NCBI GenBank assembly: GCA_002402545.1
Contig: DHGA01000011.1
Coordinates: forward strand, 1-55,785
Length of the DNA: 55,785 nucleotides
Direction of reading: 5' to 3'
From: Syntrophaceae bacterium UBA4810
Lineage (GTDB): Bacteria > Desulfobacterota > Syntrophia > Syntrophales > Smithellaceae
The translations under genes and the position numbers were made by a program. The stretch's first letter is position 1. Every line of letters starts with the position of its first letter. This document shows, piece after piece, positions 8,318-17,704 of the stretch. The notes below the pieces were generated by a model. The model saw only the letters and a program-made list of their open reading frames with translations. It had not been told where the DNA came from and did no database searches.

Positions 8318-9664
8318 CTAATCATCCCCGCTCTTCTTTCCTTTTTTCCACGCATCTATTCTGTCTTTGATAATCTTTTCAAAACCTGTGCCTTTTGGCT
8401 GATAAAATAACTTCTGCCCGATTTTTTCCGGCAGGTAATCCTGGGCAACATAAGAATCCTGATAATCATGCGCGTATTTATATCCTTTGCCGTAATCAAA
8501 TTCTTTCATCAATTTTGTGGGCGCGTTGCGAATATGCAGCGGCACCGGCAGATATCCGCTCTGACTTATTTCCTCTTTGATACTTCCCAAAGCGGTGTAA
8601 AGGGAGTTGCTTTTGGGAGACGTGGCCAGATAAACAGCCGCCTGCGCCAAAGCCAATTCTCCCTCCGGCAAACCGATAAAGTGATATGCCTGCTGTGCCG
8701 CCATACAAACAATCAGTGCCTGGGGATCGGCCATTCCCACGTCTTCCGAGGCAAAGCGGATCATGCGCCGGGCAATGTAGAGGGGATCTTCCCCGGCCAG
8801 CAACATTCTGCCCAGCCAATATAAAGCCGCGTCAGGATCGCTGCCACGCAAACTTTTATGAAAAGCGGAAATAAGATTATAATGTTCCTCTCCGTCCTTA
8901 TCATACAAAAGAGCTTTTTTCTGCAACGCCTCCCGGGTAAATTCCAGCGTAACATTTCTCTCATTTTCAGGTAAATTTTGCACCATGGAAACAACTGCTT
9001 CCAGATTGTTTAAAGCATTGCGCGCATCGCCATCAGACAGACAGACGACATAGCGCAAAGCGTCTTCATCCATCCGCACATAATACTTTCCAAGTCCTTT
9101 CTGTTCATCTTTTAATGCCCGCTTAACAATAGTTATAAGCTCTTCTTCAGAAAAAGGCTTCAAAATCAAAACTCTGGTGCGTGATAAGAGAGGAGCAATA
9201 ACTTCAAAGGAAGGGTTTTCCGTGGTAGCGCCGATTAAGGTAATCAAGCCGCTTTCCACATGCGGCAAAAAAGCATCCTGCTGCGCTTTGTTAAAGCGAT
9301 GAATTTCATCAACAAAAAGAACGGTTTTTTTATTTTTTTCATTATGCAATTGACGGGCTTCGTCAATAACCGCGCGAATCTCTTTCACCCCGGACAGCAC
9401 AGCAGAAAAACTGACAAATTTAGATTTGGTTTCATTGGCTAAAATTCTGGCCAGGGTGGTTTTCCCCGAACCGGGAGGCCCCCAGAAAATCATGGAAAAC
9501 AGTTTATCTTCTTCAATGGCGCGCCTTAACAAGCAAGCATCGCCCAGAAGGTGGGGCTGCCCGACATATTCGGAAATATTTTGCGGCCTCATTCTTTCCG
9601 CAAGCGGCGCCGATTCTTTTATTGCGGCTGCTCCGGTATTACTGAATAAATCCAGGTTTTTCAT
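8318..9664 (-). CDS. rarA: Replication-associated recombination protein A (MgsA/RarA AAA+ ATPase)
   Basis: PLAERMRP, WGPPGSGKTT, FVDEIHRFNKAQQD, GATTENPSF and HYNLISAFHKSLRGSDPDAA. Confidence 0.96.
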   Translation of the reverse strand: MKNLDLFSNTGAAAIKESAPLAERMRPQNISEYVGQPHLLGDACLLRRAIEEDKLFSMIFWGPPGSGKTTLARILANETKSKFVSFSAVLSGVKEIRAVIDEARQLHNEKNKKTVLFVDEIHRFNKAQQDAFLPHVESGLITLIGATTENPSFEVIAPLLSRTRVLILKPFSEEELITIVKRALKDEQKGLGKYYVRMDEDALRYVVCLSDGDARNALNNLEAVVSMVQNLPENERNVTLEFTREALQKKALLYDKDGEEHYNLISAFHKSLRGSDPDAALYWLGRMLLAGEDPLYIARRMIRFASEDVGMADPQALIVCMAAQQAYHFIGLPEGELALAQAAVYLATSPKSNSLYTALGSIKEEISQSGYLPVPLHIRNAPTKLMKEFDYGKGYKYAHDYQDSYVAQDYLPEKIGQKLFYQPKGTGFEKIIKDRIDAWKKGKKSGDD

Positions 9665-9921
9665 TTTTTAGCCTTGGCTTTTTCAATAAGTTCGATCAGG
9701 GATAAAGCCTTTTCTTTGGGCTTAGCGCTGATAAAACGAGCCCATTGATCCGGGGTTAAAACACGCTTGAGCACATCCGTCACGTCAAAAGCCACCTGCC
9801 AGCAGGCGACAATACGGGCGCATGGCATTTCCCCCGACTCGCGCCGGCAATAGGAAAAAGTCATTTCGTCGCCCAGTTTTGGACAGCGAATCATTTTTTC
9901 ATCATGCACAGTTTTCATCAT
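9661..9921 (-). CDS. Small four-cysteine hypothetical protein, stop overlapping the rarA start (ATGA)
   Basis: RCPKLG..TFSYCR.E...PCARIVACW pattern and translational coupling to rarA. Confidence 0.75.
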   Translation of the reverse strand: MMKTVHDEKMIRCPKLGDEMTFSYCRRESGEMPCARIVACWQVAFDVTDVLKRVLTPDQWARFISAKPKEKALSLIELIEKAKAKK

Positions 9922-9935
9922 GGCTCAGCTTGTCG

Positions 9936-9978
9936 AAAAAAAGAAAAGCCGTCAAGAAATTTGTTTCCTGACGGCTTC
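9936..9978 (-). terminator. Intrinsic terminator after trpB2
   Basis: Minus strand GAAGCCGTCAGGAAA-CAAA-TTTCTTGACGGCTTTTCTTTTTTT. Confidence 0.8.
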
Positions 9979-10000
9979 GTGAAAAACTGATAATTATAGA

Positions 10001-11362
10001 TTAAGGTTTGGGAAAATCCTTAATCGCCAAAAGCGCCTTTTGTATTTCTTCGTCCGGCAATTCATAAGCCTGAAGTTTTCCGGACAAATAGGCGTCATAA
10101 GCCGTCAGATCGACCAGGCCGTGACCGCTCCAGTTAAAGAGAATGGTTTTTTCCTTGCCTTCTTCTTTCGCACGCATGGCCTCATCAACAACTGCGGCCA
10201 ATACATGGTTAGTTTCCGGCGCGGGGATATAGCCTTCCGAGCGCGCCCACTTGACACCTGCTTCAAAGGTCTTTAGCTGATCATAGGCCCGTGCTTCAAT
10301 AATTTTCTCATTAACCAGATGGCTGACAATCGGCGCCATGCCGTGATAACGCAATCCACCGGCGTGAATCGGCGCGGGAATATAGTCGTGCCCCAGAGTA
10401 TGCATGGGCAAAAGAGGTGTTGTCCTAGCCAGATCTCCGAAATCATACGCGAAAGGACCTTTGGTCATCGTGGGACAAGAAGTCGGTTCTGCGCCCACAA
10501 CCTTAATCTGCTTACCGTGGATTTTGTCACATACATAAGGCATGGCCAAACCGGCAAAATTACTTCCACCACCACAGCATCCCATCACGACATCGGGATA
10601 AATACCAAGCTTTTTCATTTGCTTTTGGGATTCCAGGCCATTGATTGTCTGGTAAAGAAGCACATGGTTGAGCACGCTACCCAGCGAGTATTTCGTATTG
10701 GGTGAAGTAACAGCATCTTCAATGGCTTCGCTGATGGCAATACCTAAGCTGCCTGGAGAATCGGGGTGTTCAGCCAGAACGTTGCGGCCGGCCTGAGTCA
10801 GGTTACTGGGACTGGGAATGCATTCAGCGCCCCAGGTATTCATCATCATGCGTCGATATGGTTTCTGATCATAGCTGATCCTGACCATGTAAACCCGGCA
10901 GGGAAGCCCAAACATCTGGCAGGCCATGGAAAGAGCGCTTCCCCACTGACCAGCCCCTGTTTCTGTTGTAATGCGCTTAGTTCCCGCGACTTTATTATAA
11001 TACGCCATTGGAATGGCAGCGTTGGGCTTATGCGAACCGGCCGGACTCACTCCTTCGTGCTTGTAATAAATCTTTACCGGGCAACCCAACAATTTTTCAA
11101 AATTACGCGCGCGATAAAGAGGAGATGGCCGCCACAACAGATACTTTTGCAGCACCTCGTCAGGAATATCGATCCAGCGCTCCGTCGACGCTTCCTGCTC
11201 GATAATGTTCATGGGAAAAATGGCCGCAAGATCCTGTGGAGTAACCGGTTGCCCAGTACCGGGGTGGAGCGGCGGCTTCATCGGTGTCGGCATATCGGCC
11301 ACAATGTTGTACCATTGCCGGGGTATTTCACTTTCATCTAAAAATGTTTTTACCTGTTCCAT
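10001..11362 (-). CDS. trpB2: Tryptophan synthase beta chain 2 (TrpB2, PLP enzyme)
   Basis: [17 protein letters not shown] (PLP Lys), [19 protein letters not shown] and [10 protein letters not shown]. Confidence 0.95.
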   Translation of the reverse strand: MEQVKTFLDESEIPRQWYNIVADMPTPMKPPLHPGTGQPVTPQDLAAIFPMNIIEQEASTERWIDIPDEVLQKYLLWRPSPLYRARNFEKLLGCPVKIYYKHEGVSPAGSHKPNAAIPMAYYNKVAGTKRITTETGAGQWGSALSMACQMFGLPCRVYMVRISYDQKPYRRMMMNTWGAECIPSPSNLTQAGRNVLAEHPDSPGSLGIAISEAIEDAVTSPNTKYSLGSVLNHVLLYQTINGLESQKQMKKLGIYPDVVMGCCGGGSNFAGLAMPYVCDKIHGKQIKVVGAEPTSCPTMTKGPFAYDFGDLARTTPLLPMHTLGHDYIPAPIHAGGLRYHGMAPIVSHLVNEKIIEARAYDQLKTFEAGVKWARSEGYIPAPETNHVLAAVVDEAMRAKEEGKEKTILFNWSGHGLVDLTAYDAYLSGKLQAYELPDEEIQKALLAIKDFPKP

Positions 11363-11400
11363 ATAATCTCTCCTTACAAAATTATTTGAAAAATAAAACT

Positions 11401-11435
11401 AAAAAAATGCCATGGTTTATTTTCCCATGGCATTT
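11401..11435 (-). terminator. Attenuator terminator upstream of trpB2
   Basis: Minus strand AAATGCCATGG-GAAAATAAA-CCATGGCATTTTTTT. Confidence 0.85.
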
Positions 11436-11498
11436 GATTTTAATTATCAGAAACATGGGAAGGATCTTCCCCGCCCACGCTCATTATTTTTTCTGAGT

Positions 11499-11558
11499 TT
11501 ATGGGCAGATATTGATTATCTGCCACCACCAACTGATATTCAAAATATCTGATAACAT
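11499..11558 (-). CDS. Trp leader peptide of trpB2, MLSDILNISWWWQIINICP
   Basis: 19-codon ORF with three tandem TGG codons (11523-11531), followed by mutually exclusive hairpins and a terminator. Confidence 0.88.
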   Translation of the reverse strand: MLSDILNISWWWQIINICP

Positions 11559-11660
11559 TCATTCTTTCCGGCTTAACATTTAATTGTGCTTTCACGTAGC
11601 ATAGCGAAGAAATGATTGTCAAGATTATTTTTCGCAAACAACAGTCTTGCCTGAATTAAA

Positions 11661-12617
11661 TCAGACATGATTGCGCAGCTTCAGTTCTGTGGGATGAGGA
11701 TTCAAATACACCTGTTCGGTAAGATAATTTTGCCGATATTTACGCGCATAATGCCTGATTAAGGTAACAGGAACAATCAGAGGAACAAAACCTTTATGAT
11801 AATCACCTATTATCTCCAGAAGCTCTGATTTCTCATCTGCGGATAATTGCTCTTTAAAATATCCCATCATATGTTGAAGAACATTCGTATGTTTTTTAGG
11901 CGTAGCTCTTAGAGACAGAGCTTCCAGCAAAAGATTTTCATACTTACCGCGTAATTCCGTCAGGGAGATTTTTTTCTGGTCAGCAACCAGCTTGCCCATT
12001 ATCTGATAATGTTTTGTGCTGTGCGAAAGAATCAATAATTTATGTGTGGTATGAAAATGTAAAAGGCTTTCTCTGCCTTTCGTATTTTTTAGATATTCAC
12101 GCCATCGCCTGAAGGCAAATATTCTTTCGATAAAATTTTCTCTCAGATCCGGATCATGAAGCCGTCCCTCATCTTCCACCGGCAAAACAGGAAAATAATC
12201 CATGAAAATTCCGGCAAATATCCCCACGCCTTTCTTCACCGGCATTTTGTTTTCATTATATATTTTTACTCTTTCCATGCCGCTTGAGGGGGAATCGCTT
12301 TTGAAAATAAAACCGCACAGATCTTCTTTCTCCAGTTCCCTTACACGCTTTTGCGCCCAATTTACCATACGCAGCGTAAGGTCAATTTTGGTGCGTGTTG
12401 TGATGAGACGCGGGGCATCAGTTTCACCCTCCAGATGCATGGATTCGCGCGGAATCCCCAGGCCGCATTCCACTTCCGGACAAACGGCGACATATTCCAC
12501 ATATTGCCCCAATGTTTCTTTGATAAATTTATCCAGTTTATGCCCGCCATCATAACGAACATTTTCACCAAGCAGGCAGGCGCTGATACCCAGCTTTATT
12601 TTTTCAGAATTAATCAT
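11661..12617 (-). CDS. DUF523 (TudS-like desulfidase)-DUF1722 fusion, YbgA/RudS-like
   Basis: GISACLLGENVRYDGGHK, CPEVECGLGIPRE, SPSSG, EDEGRL, HTNVLQHMMGYFK and QVYLNPHP.EL.LRNHV. Confidence 0.88.
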   Translation of the reverse strand: MINSEKIKLGISACLLGENVRYDGGHKLDKFIKETLGQYVEYVAVCPEVECGLGIPRESMHLEGETDAPRLITTRTKIDLTLRMVNWAQKRVRELEKEDLCGFIFKSDSPSSGMERVKIYNENKMPVKKGVGIFAGIFMDYFPVLPVEDEGRLHDPDLRENFIERIFAFRRWREYLKNTKGRESLLHFHTTHKLLILSHSTKHYQIMGKLVADQKKISLTELRGKYENLLLEALSLRATPKKHTNVLQHMMGYFKEQLSADEKSELLEIIGDYHKGFVPLIVPVTLIRHYARKYRQNYLTEQVYLNPHPTELKLRNHV

Positions 12618-12623
12618 TTCTTA

Positions 12624-13817
12624 TTAAAAAAACGGTTCTTTGTCGCGGCGGTACCAGTAATTTGGAAGAATATGGTACATAAATCTGGACATCGGTCCGA
12701 TATATTCTTTTTTCCTTTTGTCGTACTGGCAGGCATGGATAATCATATCTCTGATTTTATCTTTACTACCCGCTTCGTTAAAGAGCTTGTACGCGCACGA
12801 AAAAAGCGGGCTATACATATTTTTCTTTTCCAGATATTTATGAACGTTTCTGATTGTATTGGGACCTTCCGGCATGCCGTCAATTTTTTCCAACACGCGC
12901 AAATTGGTTTCAATGGGATTGCCTGAATAAAGTTGATAAAAATACTTTCCATAACGATAATTTTTGCTCGCAATCGATGATATGGTCACATACAAATCGC
13001 CCACACCTGCCTGGCTGTGAAAAGCCTGAAAATGACCGCCGAGAATTCGGGATAAAGAACGTATCTCCACTCCCGCGCGGGAAAAGAGTGTGCCGGGCAA
13101 TGAATCGCCGAGAGCCAGAGAATCTGCCACTCCCTTAATATTGGCGACTATGTTTTTTAACGCTCCACACGCTTCCACTCCGACGATGTCAAAATTATAG
13201 TAAGTATTAAGCTCCCTGCGGTTAAATTTAAGAAAATGTTCCCTTACGATATTGGTAATTCTTTTTTTACCGGCCACAGTGAGGCAAACTGGATTTCCCA
13301 AGGCCAAATCAAGATCAAAAAAAGGACCGGCGACGCATACAATGTCATACTTATGCTTAATGCCGGCAAAATTGTAATTTATCATTTGCGATGGCGTCAC
13401 AAGCTCTTTATGTATCTCATTGGAAACCAGACCCTTTATGGGTGAAATCAAACAGGTGTCGCCGGCTTTTTTGTCAATTAAAGGTTTCAGATAATTAAGC
13501 AATTCGGTCAGGCGATTCATCGTCACGGCCAGAATAATGAAATCGTTGTTTTCCACAACATATTCCAGATCATTGGTCGCGTAAACATTCGATGACAGCC
13601 GAGGAACGTTTTCCATCCCGCCCAGGCGATCAGCCAGGTCTTTCGTCAGATGCAGCGGATTTAAATGATCGTTGTTAATCGCCTTGCATACTTCCGAATC
13701 GTGATAATAAATGGTAACTCGCTTTTTATCGCGTCCCAGCTTATAGGCAAAAGAAGTGCCAAGGCGGCCGGGCCCGATAATCGCCACCTTTGTTATGTCC
13801 AGATTGGAAATTATCAT
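12624..13817 (-). CDS. Divergent NAD(P)H-dependent glycerol-3-phosphate dehydrogenase family protein
   Basis: GPGRLGT Rossmann motif, GVEACGALKNIVA, AGVGDLYVT..S.ASKN and PEG. TTGACA-N16-TATAAT upstream (13849-13876). Confidence 0.75.
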   Translation of the reverse strand: MIISNLDITKVAIIGPGRLGTSFAYKLGRDKKRVTIYYHDSEVCKAINNDHLNPLHLTKDLADRLGGMENVPRLSSNVYATNDLEYVVENNDFIILAVTMNRLTELLNYLKPLIDKKAGDTCLISPIKGLVSNEIHKELVTPSQMINYNFAGIKHKYDIVCVAGPFFDLDLALGNPVCLTVAGKKRITNIVREHFLKFNRRELNTYYNFDIVGVEACGALKNIVANIKGVADSLALGDSLPGTLFSRAGVEIRSLSRILGGHFQAFHSQAGVGDLYVTISSIASKNYRYGKYFYQLYSGNPIETNLRVLEKIDGMPEGPNTIRNVHKYLEKKNMYSPLFSCAYKLFNEAGSKDKIRDMIIHACQYDKRKKEYIGPMSRFMYHILPNYWYRRDKEPFF

Positions 13818-14107
13818 TAATAATGCCTTTTATTAAAAATACAGCGTTATTATAGGAAAATATGCTCTTGTGTCAAATAGTAATAGACACAAACTCAAAA
13901 TAATTAAAAATGTTTATACGCTGGTTTTTTGTTGCAATATCACAAAGCATTGATTAAAAAAAGTGTTGTCTTCAATAAACTAAATAACGTACAATAATAT
14001 AAACAGTTACAGGCATGTTAAAAAGATCATGCTTGACCAGCTTTGAGCGAGATTATATCCTGTATTTTAAAAAAGAAAGAGGATTTAAGCTGTAGGCTTA
14101 TATTTTT

Positions 14108-14773
14108 ATGAGCAACCTTATTGATCATCCGCAAGAAAAAAAATTATTTTTCCCAAGCGGCAACATAAAAGAAATAAAATATATCCTGGCAGGGAAACTC
14201 GAAGGCGAATATACTTCTTATTATAACAGCGGACAGATATTGGCACGTCTGCATTTTGTCCGCGGCAAAAAAAACGGTGAGGCAGCAACCTATCATCCTG
14301 ATGGCCAAATAAAGGAACAAGTCAACTTCAATAAAGATAAAATGGACGGCCCTTATATTTCTTATTATGAAAATGGCCGTATTCGCGAAGAGGAATATTA
14401 CAAGACGGGGAAGCTGCATGGCCGTTACCGTCGTTATTTCAAAACGGGCGAATTAAGAGAAGAGGAAAATTTCAATAACGGCAAGTTCGACGGTGAATAT
14501 ATTTGTTATTACAAAGACGGGCAAATCAAAGAAAAGGGATGCTTTGTTAATGACAAGCGCCATGGAGAATACGTCGCTTATTTAAAAAATGGGCAAATCA
14601 AAGAAAAGGCTGTTTACCAAAACGGTAATCTTGTTGGCAGTTTCTATTCCTGCAGTAACGAAGTAAATGATTCAAAATTGTCAGACGAAGAAAAAACAGA
14701 TAAGGTTTGGGAAGAAAAAGACATCGCCGATTTATTAAAAGACTTGGCTAATTTTGACAAAATCGAAAAATGA
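14108..14773 (+). CDS. MORN-variant repeat protein (YwqK antitoxin-like family)
   Basis: About six tandem 24-aa repeats of G.Y..YY.NGQI.E...F.NGK..G, plus an acidic tail. Confidence 0.85.
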   Translation: MSNLIDHPQEKKLFFPSGNIKEIKYILAGKLEGEYTSYYNSGQILARLHFVRGKKNGEAATYHPDGQIKEQVNFNKDKMDGPYISYYENGRIREEEYYKTGKLHGRYRRYFKTGELREEENFNNGKFDGEYICYYKDGQIKEKGCFVNDKRHGEYVAYLKNGQIKEKAVYQNGNLVGSFYSCSNEVNDSKLSDEEKTDKVWEEKDIADLLKDLANFDKIEK

Positions 14774-14797
14774 TTTTCACCAAAGGGAAAATGTGTC

Positions 14798-15637
14798 ATG
14801 GTAAATAAAATTCTCGTTCCGGTAGACGGTTCCGTCAATGGATTCAACGCTCTGGAATACGGAATTTACATCGCTCGACAGCTGGGAGCTTCGCTCATTG
14901 GCGTTTATGTGCTGGATGTGAATCTAATTCAGGGCCCAATGTTCACTGATATATCCGGTTCGGTGGGCATGCCGCCTTACGACGGTTTTTTTGAAGCTGT
15001 TGAAACCTCTCTCAACGAAAAAGCGGATTTTATTTTAAAAGATTTCGCCTCGCGCTGCCGGCGGGCGGGTGTCAGCTTTGAAACAAAAAAACCTATCGGC
15101 AAAATCAGCCAGGTGATTATTGAAGAGGGGCAAAACGCTGATTTGATTGTCATGGCAAGAAAAGGAGAACATTTTCATCTAAAAGAAGGCGGCCTGCTTG
15201 GTTCGGTAGCTGAGGCTGTTGTCCGTAATTCCGGAAAGCCGGTCATTGTTACCCCGGAATATTTCATGGAAATTGAAAGCATGGCGATAGCCTACGACGG
15301 CAGCGAACCGGCTAAAAAAGCCCTCAAGTTTAGTGTGGATTTTTCAGAAAATACTGCATGGCCGCTTACCGCGATTATTATAACTTCAGATTCTAAAAAG
15401 GCGGTCGCTCTGGTCGACGAAATTGAAGATTCTCTGGAAGATCGTTCCACGGATTGCGCTATTGTCACTCTGCAGGGAAAAGAAACGGAAGAAATTATCA
15501 ATTACATAAAAGAAGGAGCGGTAGAATTAATGGTCATGGGGGCATTCGGCCATAACCGTCTTCGTTCGCTGATTATGGGCAGCACAACATCATATGTTAT
15601 TCAAAAAAGCACTATTCCTGTATTGCTGACCCGCTGA
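14798..15637 (+). CDS. Tandem universal stress protein
   Basis: KILVPVDGS, DLIVMA..G...LGSVAEAVVR, AYDGSEPAKKAL and VMGAFGHNRLR...GSTT. Confidence 0.93.
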   Translation: MVNKILVPVDGSVNGFNALEYGIYIARQLGASLIGVYVLDVNLIQGPMFTDISGSVGMPPYDGFFEAVETSLNEKADFILKDFASRCRRAGVSFETKKPIGKISQVIIEEGQNADLIVMARKGEHFHLKEGGLLGSVAEAVVRNSGKPVIVTPEYFMEIESMAIAYDGSEPAKKALKFSVDFSENTAWPLTAIIITSDSKKAVALVDEIEDSLEDRSTDCAIVTLQGKETEEIINYIKEGAVELMVMGAFGHNRLRSLIMGSTTSYVIQKSTIPVLLTR

Positions 15638-15651
15638 TTACCGCCGTTTTT

Positions 15652-16419
15652 TTACAGTTTGCTTTCGGATACCGCTTTCTGTAACTCGTCAAGCAGATCA
15701 TAATTAGTTAAATCGTATTGAATGGGCGTGATGGTCACATAACCGGCAGCCAAAGCGTTAACATCGTTATCTACTTTTTCCGCAGTAGCCTTATATGATC
15801 CGGAAACCCAGTAATAAGTGTTTTCTCTGGGATCGACTCTTTTTTCAAAAGATTCGATAACATTATTTTTACCCTGGCGGACGACCACCACACCTTTAAT
15901 TTCTTTTTCAGGCAGGCAGGGTATATTAACGTTAATGGCGCTGCCGCGCAGGGCCGGGTTCTTTAAAATTAACCTGGCCATTTTACGGGCAAACTTTGCC
16001 GCGTAGGAAAAATCCGCTTCTTTGTGCGTGTCTAAAGAAATAGCCAGAGAAGGAATGCCGATAATCGCCGCTTCGGTTGCCGCGGAAACAGTACCGGAAT
16101 AGATAACATTTATGCCCGCGTTCGAGCCACGGTTGATTCCGGAAACAACCAGCCCTACCGGTTTCTGCGCCAGTTCTTTAACTCCTATCTTGACACAATC
16201 CGCCGGTGTGCCATAGACGGCATATCCTAAAAAATTATTGTTCTTTGTCGCCCGCCGCACCATCAACGGACGAAAAATTGTTATCGCGTGCCCGACCGCG
16301 CTTTGCTCAATTTCCGGCGCAACAATCAGACATTCCGCGTCACGGGAAAGTTCTTCATAAAGAGAGCTCAAACCCTTAGCGTAAATCCCGTCATCATTAG
16401 TCAACAAAAACATCGTCAA
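15652..16419 (-). CDS. surE: 5'/3'-nucleotidase SurE (alternative ATG start at 16413)
   Basis: LLTNDDG, VAPE.EQSAVGHAIT, GTPADCV, VSGIN.GSN and YSGTVSAA. Confidence 0.96.
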   Translation of the reverse strand: MTMFLLTNDDGIYAKGLSSLYEELSRDAECLIVAPEIEQSAVGHAITIFRPLMVRRATKNNNFLGYAVYGTPADCVKIGVKELAQKPVGLVVSGINRGSNAGINVIYSGTVSAATEAAIIGIPSLAISLDTHKEADFSYAAKFARKMARLILKNPALRGSAINVNIPCLPEKEIKGVVVVRQGKNNVIESFEKRVDPRENTYYWVSGSYKATAEKVDNDVNALAAGYVTITPIQYDLTNYDLLDELQKAVSESKL

Positions 16420-16444
16420 TATATCCTTTTGCCTTTAGTCTTTT

Positions 16445-17704
16445 CTATCTTACCTGTTCGAGTTTTCCGTTTTGTACCCTCAGGATAAAAGGTGTTTTTT
16501 GAGAAACCCGTTCATAGCCAAAAGAGGTAGTTCCCGTCACGCCAGGGTAATTTTCCATCCCTGCTAAAGATGCCACCAACTGTTGGCGCGTCCGAATATC
16601 TTGCTTTTCTATGATATTAAAAATAATTGCCGCTGTATCATAAGCGAGAGCTTCGATGTTTTCCGGATCGCGGCTGAATGCCGTGTAATAAATATCCGTG
16701 AAATCATTGGTTTCCCGGTAAAAAGTATGGGGGAAAAAGCTGTCGGCAAAAACCGCGCCTTCCAAATATTCCGCCCCTCTCGTTAACAAATAAGGAGAAT
16801 TCCATAAGCTTGTTCCCAACAGGTTAATTTCTCGGACATCATAAAAAGCGAGCTGCGCTGAAATCATCTGAACGCGTCGGTAGGAATCCGGTATAAAAAG
16901 AGCTTCAAAATCAATAAATATTTTTTTCTTAGGCTGTGTTTTTTTCGCCGCTTTTGCTCTTGCCATAGCAACTTGATTTCCGGTTAATCTGTTTATTTCG
17001 TTCGTAAAGTCAGTTTTATTTTTGGCGTAAGGAATCGCCTTCTCCAGCCTACCTCCGACACGCGCTACTTCTTCACGAAATATTTTCATCATTTCCTCGC
17101 CATAATCATCATCAGGATACAGAGCTGAAAATATAGCGCTATTCATATTCTTCAGAGCGTAATTTACCACTGCTCTTACTTGCTGAGTGGGCGTTAAAAA
17201 ATGCTGAAAAACATATTCGCTGGCTAAAGTAATCCCTTCACGGGAAGTAATCAAAATCAGCGGCACCTGCAATCTTTCCGCTTCACGGGCGGCATCAAGC
17301 GCTTCCGCCGTGCCGGAAACAGCGATAATTGCTATGACATTATCGGTATTAGCCAGATGTTCAATGGCCGCTTTCGTATCATCAGGCAATCCACGAGAAT
17401 CCCGCGCGATCACCTTCCACAATGACTTATTTCTTTCATCAAATATTTCCGCCGACAATAAAATCGCGTCCAGCGCTTTTCCTCCCAATTCCGCGTAAGG
17501 CCCGGATAAAGGCAACACACATCCTATCGCATAGCGGTCGACTTTAGGCGGGAAAAAAGGGCGCTCTGCTTCCGGCGGCCTTGCCGCCTCTTCTGAAGGA
17601 ACGGCGTCTGGCTCTTTGACCACAACTGCCGGTTTGGCACAGCTTGCGATAAAAATTAGCAATAGTAAAATTGCTACCTTGGCAAAGATTTTATAGTGTT
17701 TCAT
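16445..17704 (-). CDS. Lipoprotein with PBP1-type fold, penicillin-binding protein activator LpoA-like
   Basis: Lipobox FIASC, IGCVLPLSGPYA, YPDDDYG, FEALFIPDS and ALAYD. Confidence 0.75.
   Translation of the reverse strand: MKHYKIFAKVAILLLLIFIASCAKPAVVVKEPDAVPSEEAARPPEAERPFFPPKVDRYAIGCVLPLSGPYAELGGKALDAILLSAEIFDERNKSLWKVIARDSRGLPDDTKAAIEHLANTDNVIAIIAVSGTAEALDAAREAERLQVPLILITSREGITLASEYVFQHFLTPTQQVRAVVNYALKNMNSAIFSALYPDDDYGEEMMKIFREEVARVGGRLEKAIPYAKNKTDFTNEINRLTGNQVAMARAKAAKKTQPKKKIFIDFEALFIPDSYRRVQMISAQLAFYDVREINLLGTSLWNSPYLLTRGAEYLEGAVFADSFFPHTFYRETNDFTDIYYTAFSRDPENIEALAYDTAAIIFNIIEKQDIRTRQQLVASLAGMENYPGVTGTTSFGYERVSQKTPFILRVQNGKLEQVR

Noticed and set aside
8195..8410. 71-aa ORF as the product of the sigma54 promoter
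   Set aside because: It has a TTG start without an RBS, runs through the terminator and overlaps rarA in antisense.
11440..11637. 65-aa track ORF upstream of trpB2
   Set aside because: It reads the TGG run out of frame. The 19-aa WWW leader explains the region.
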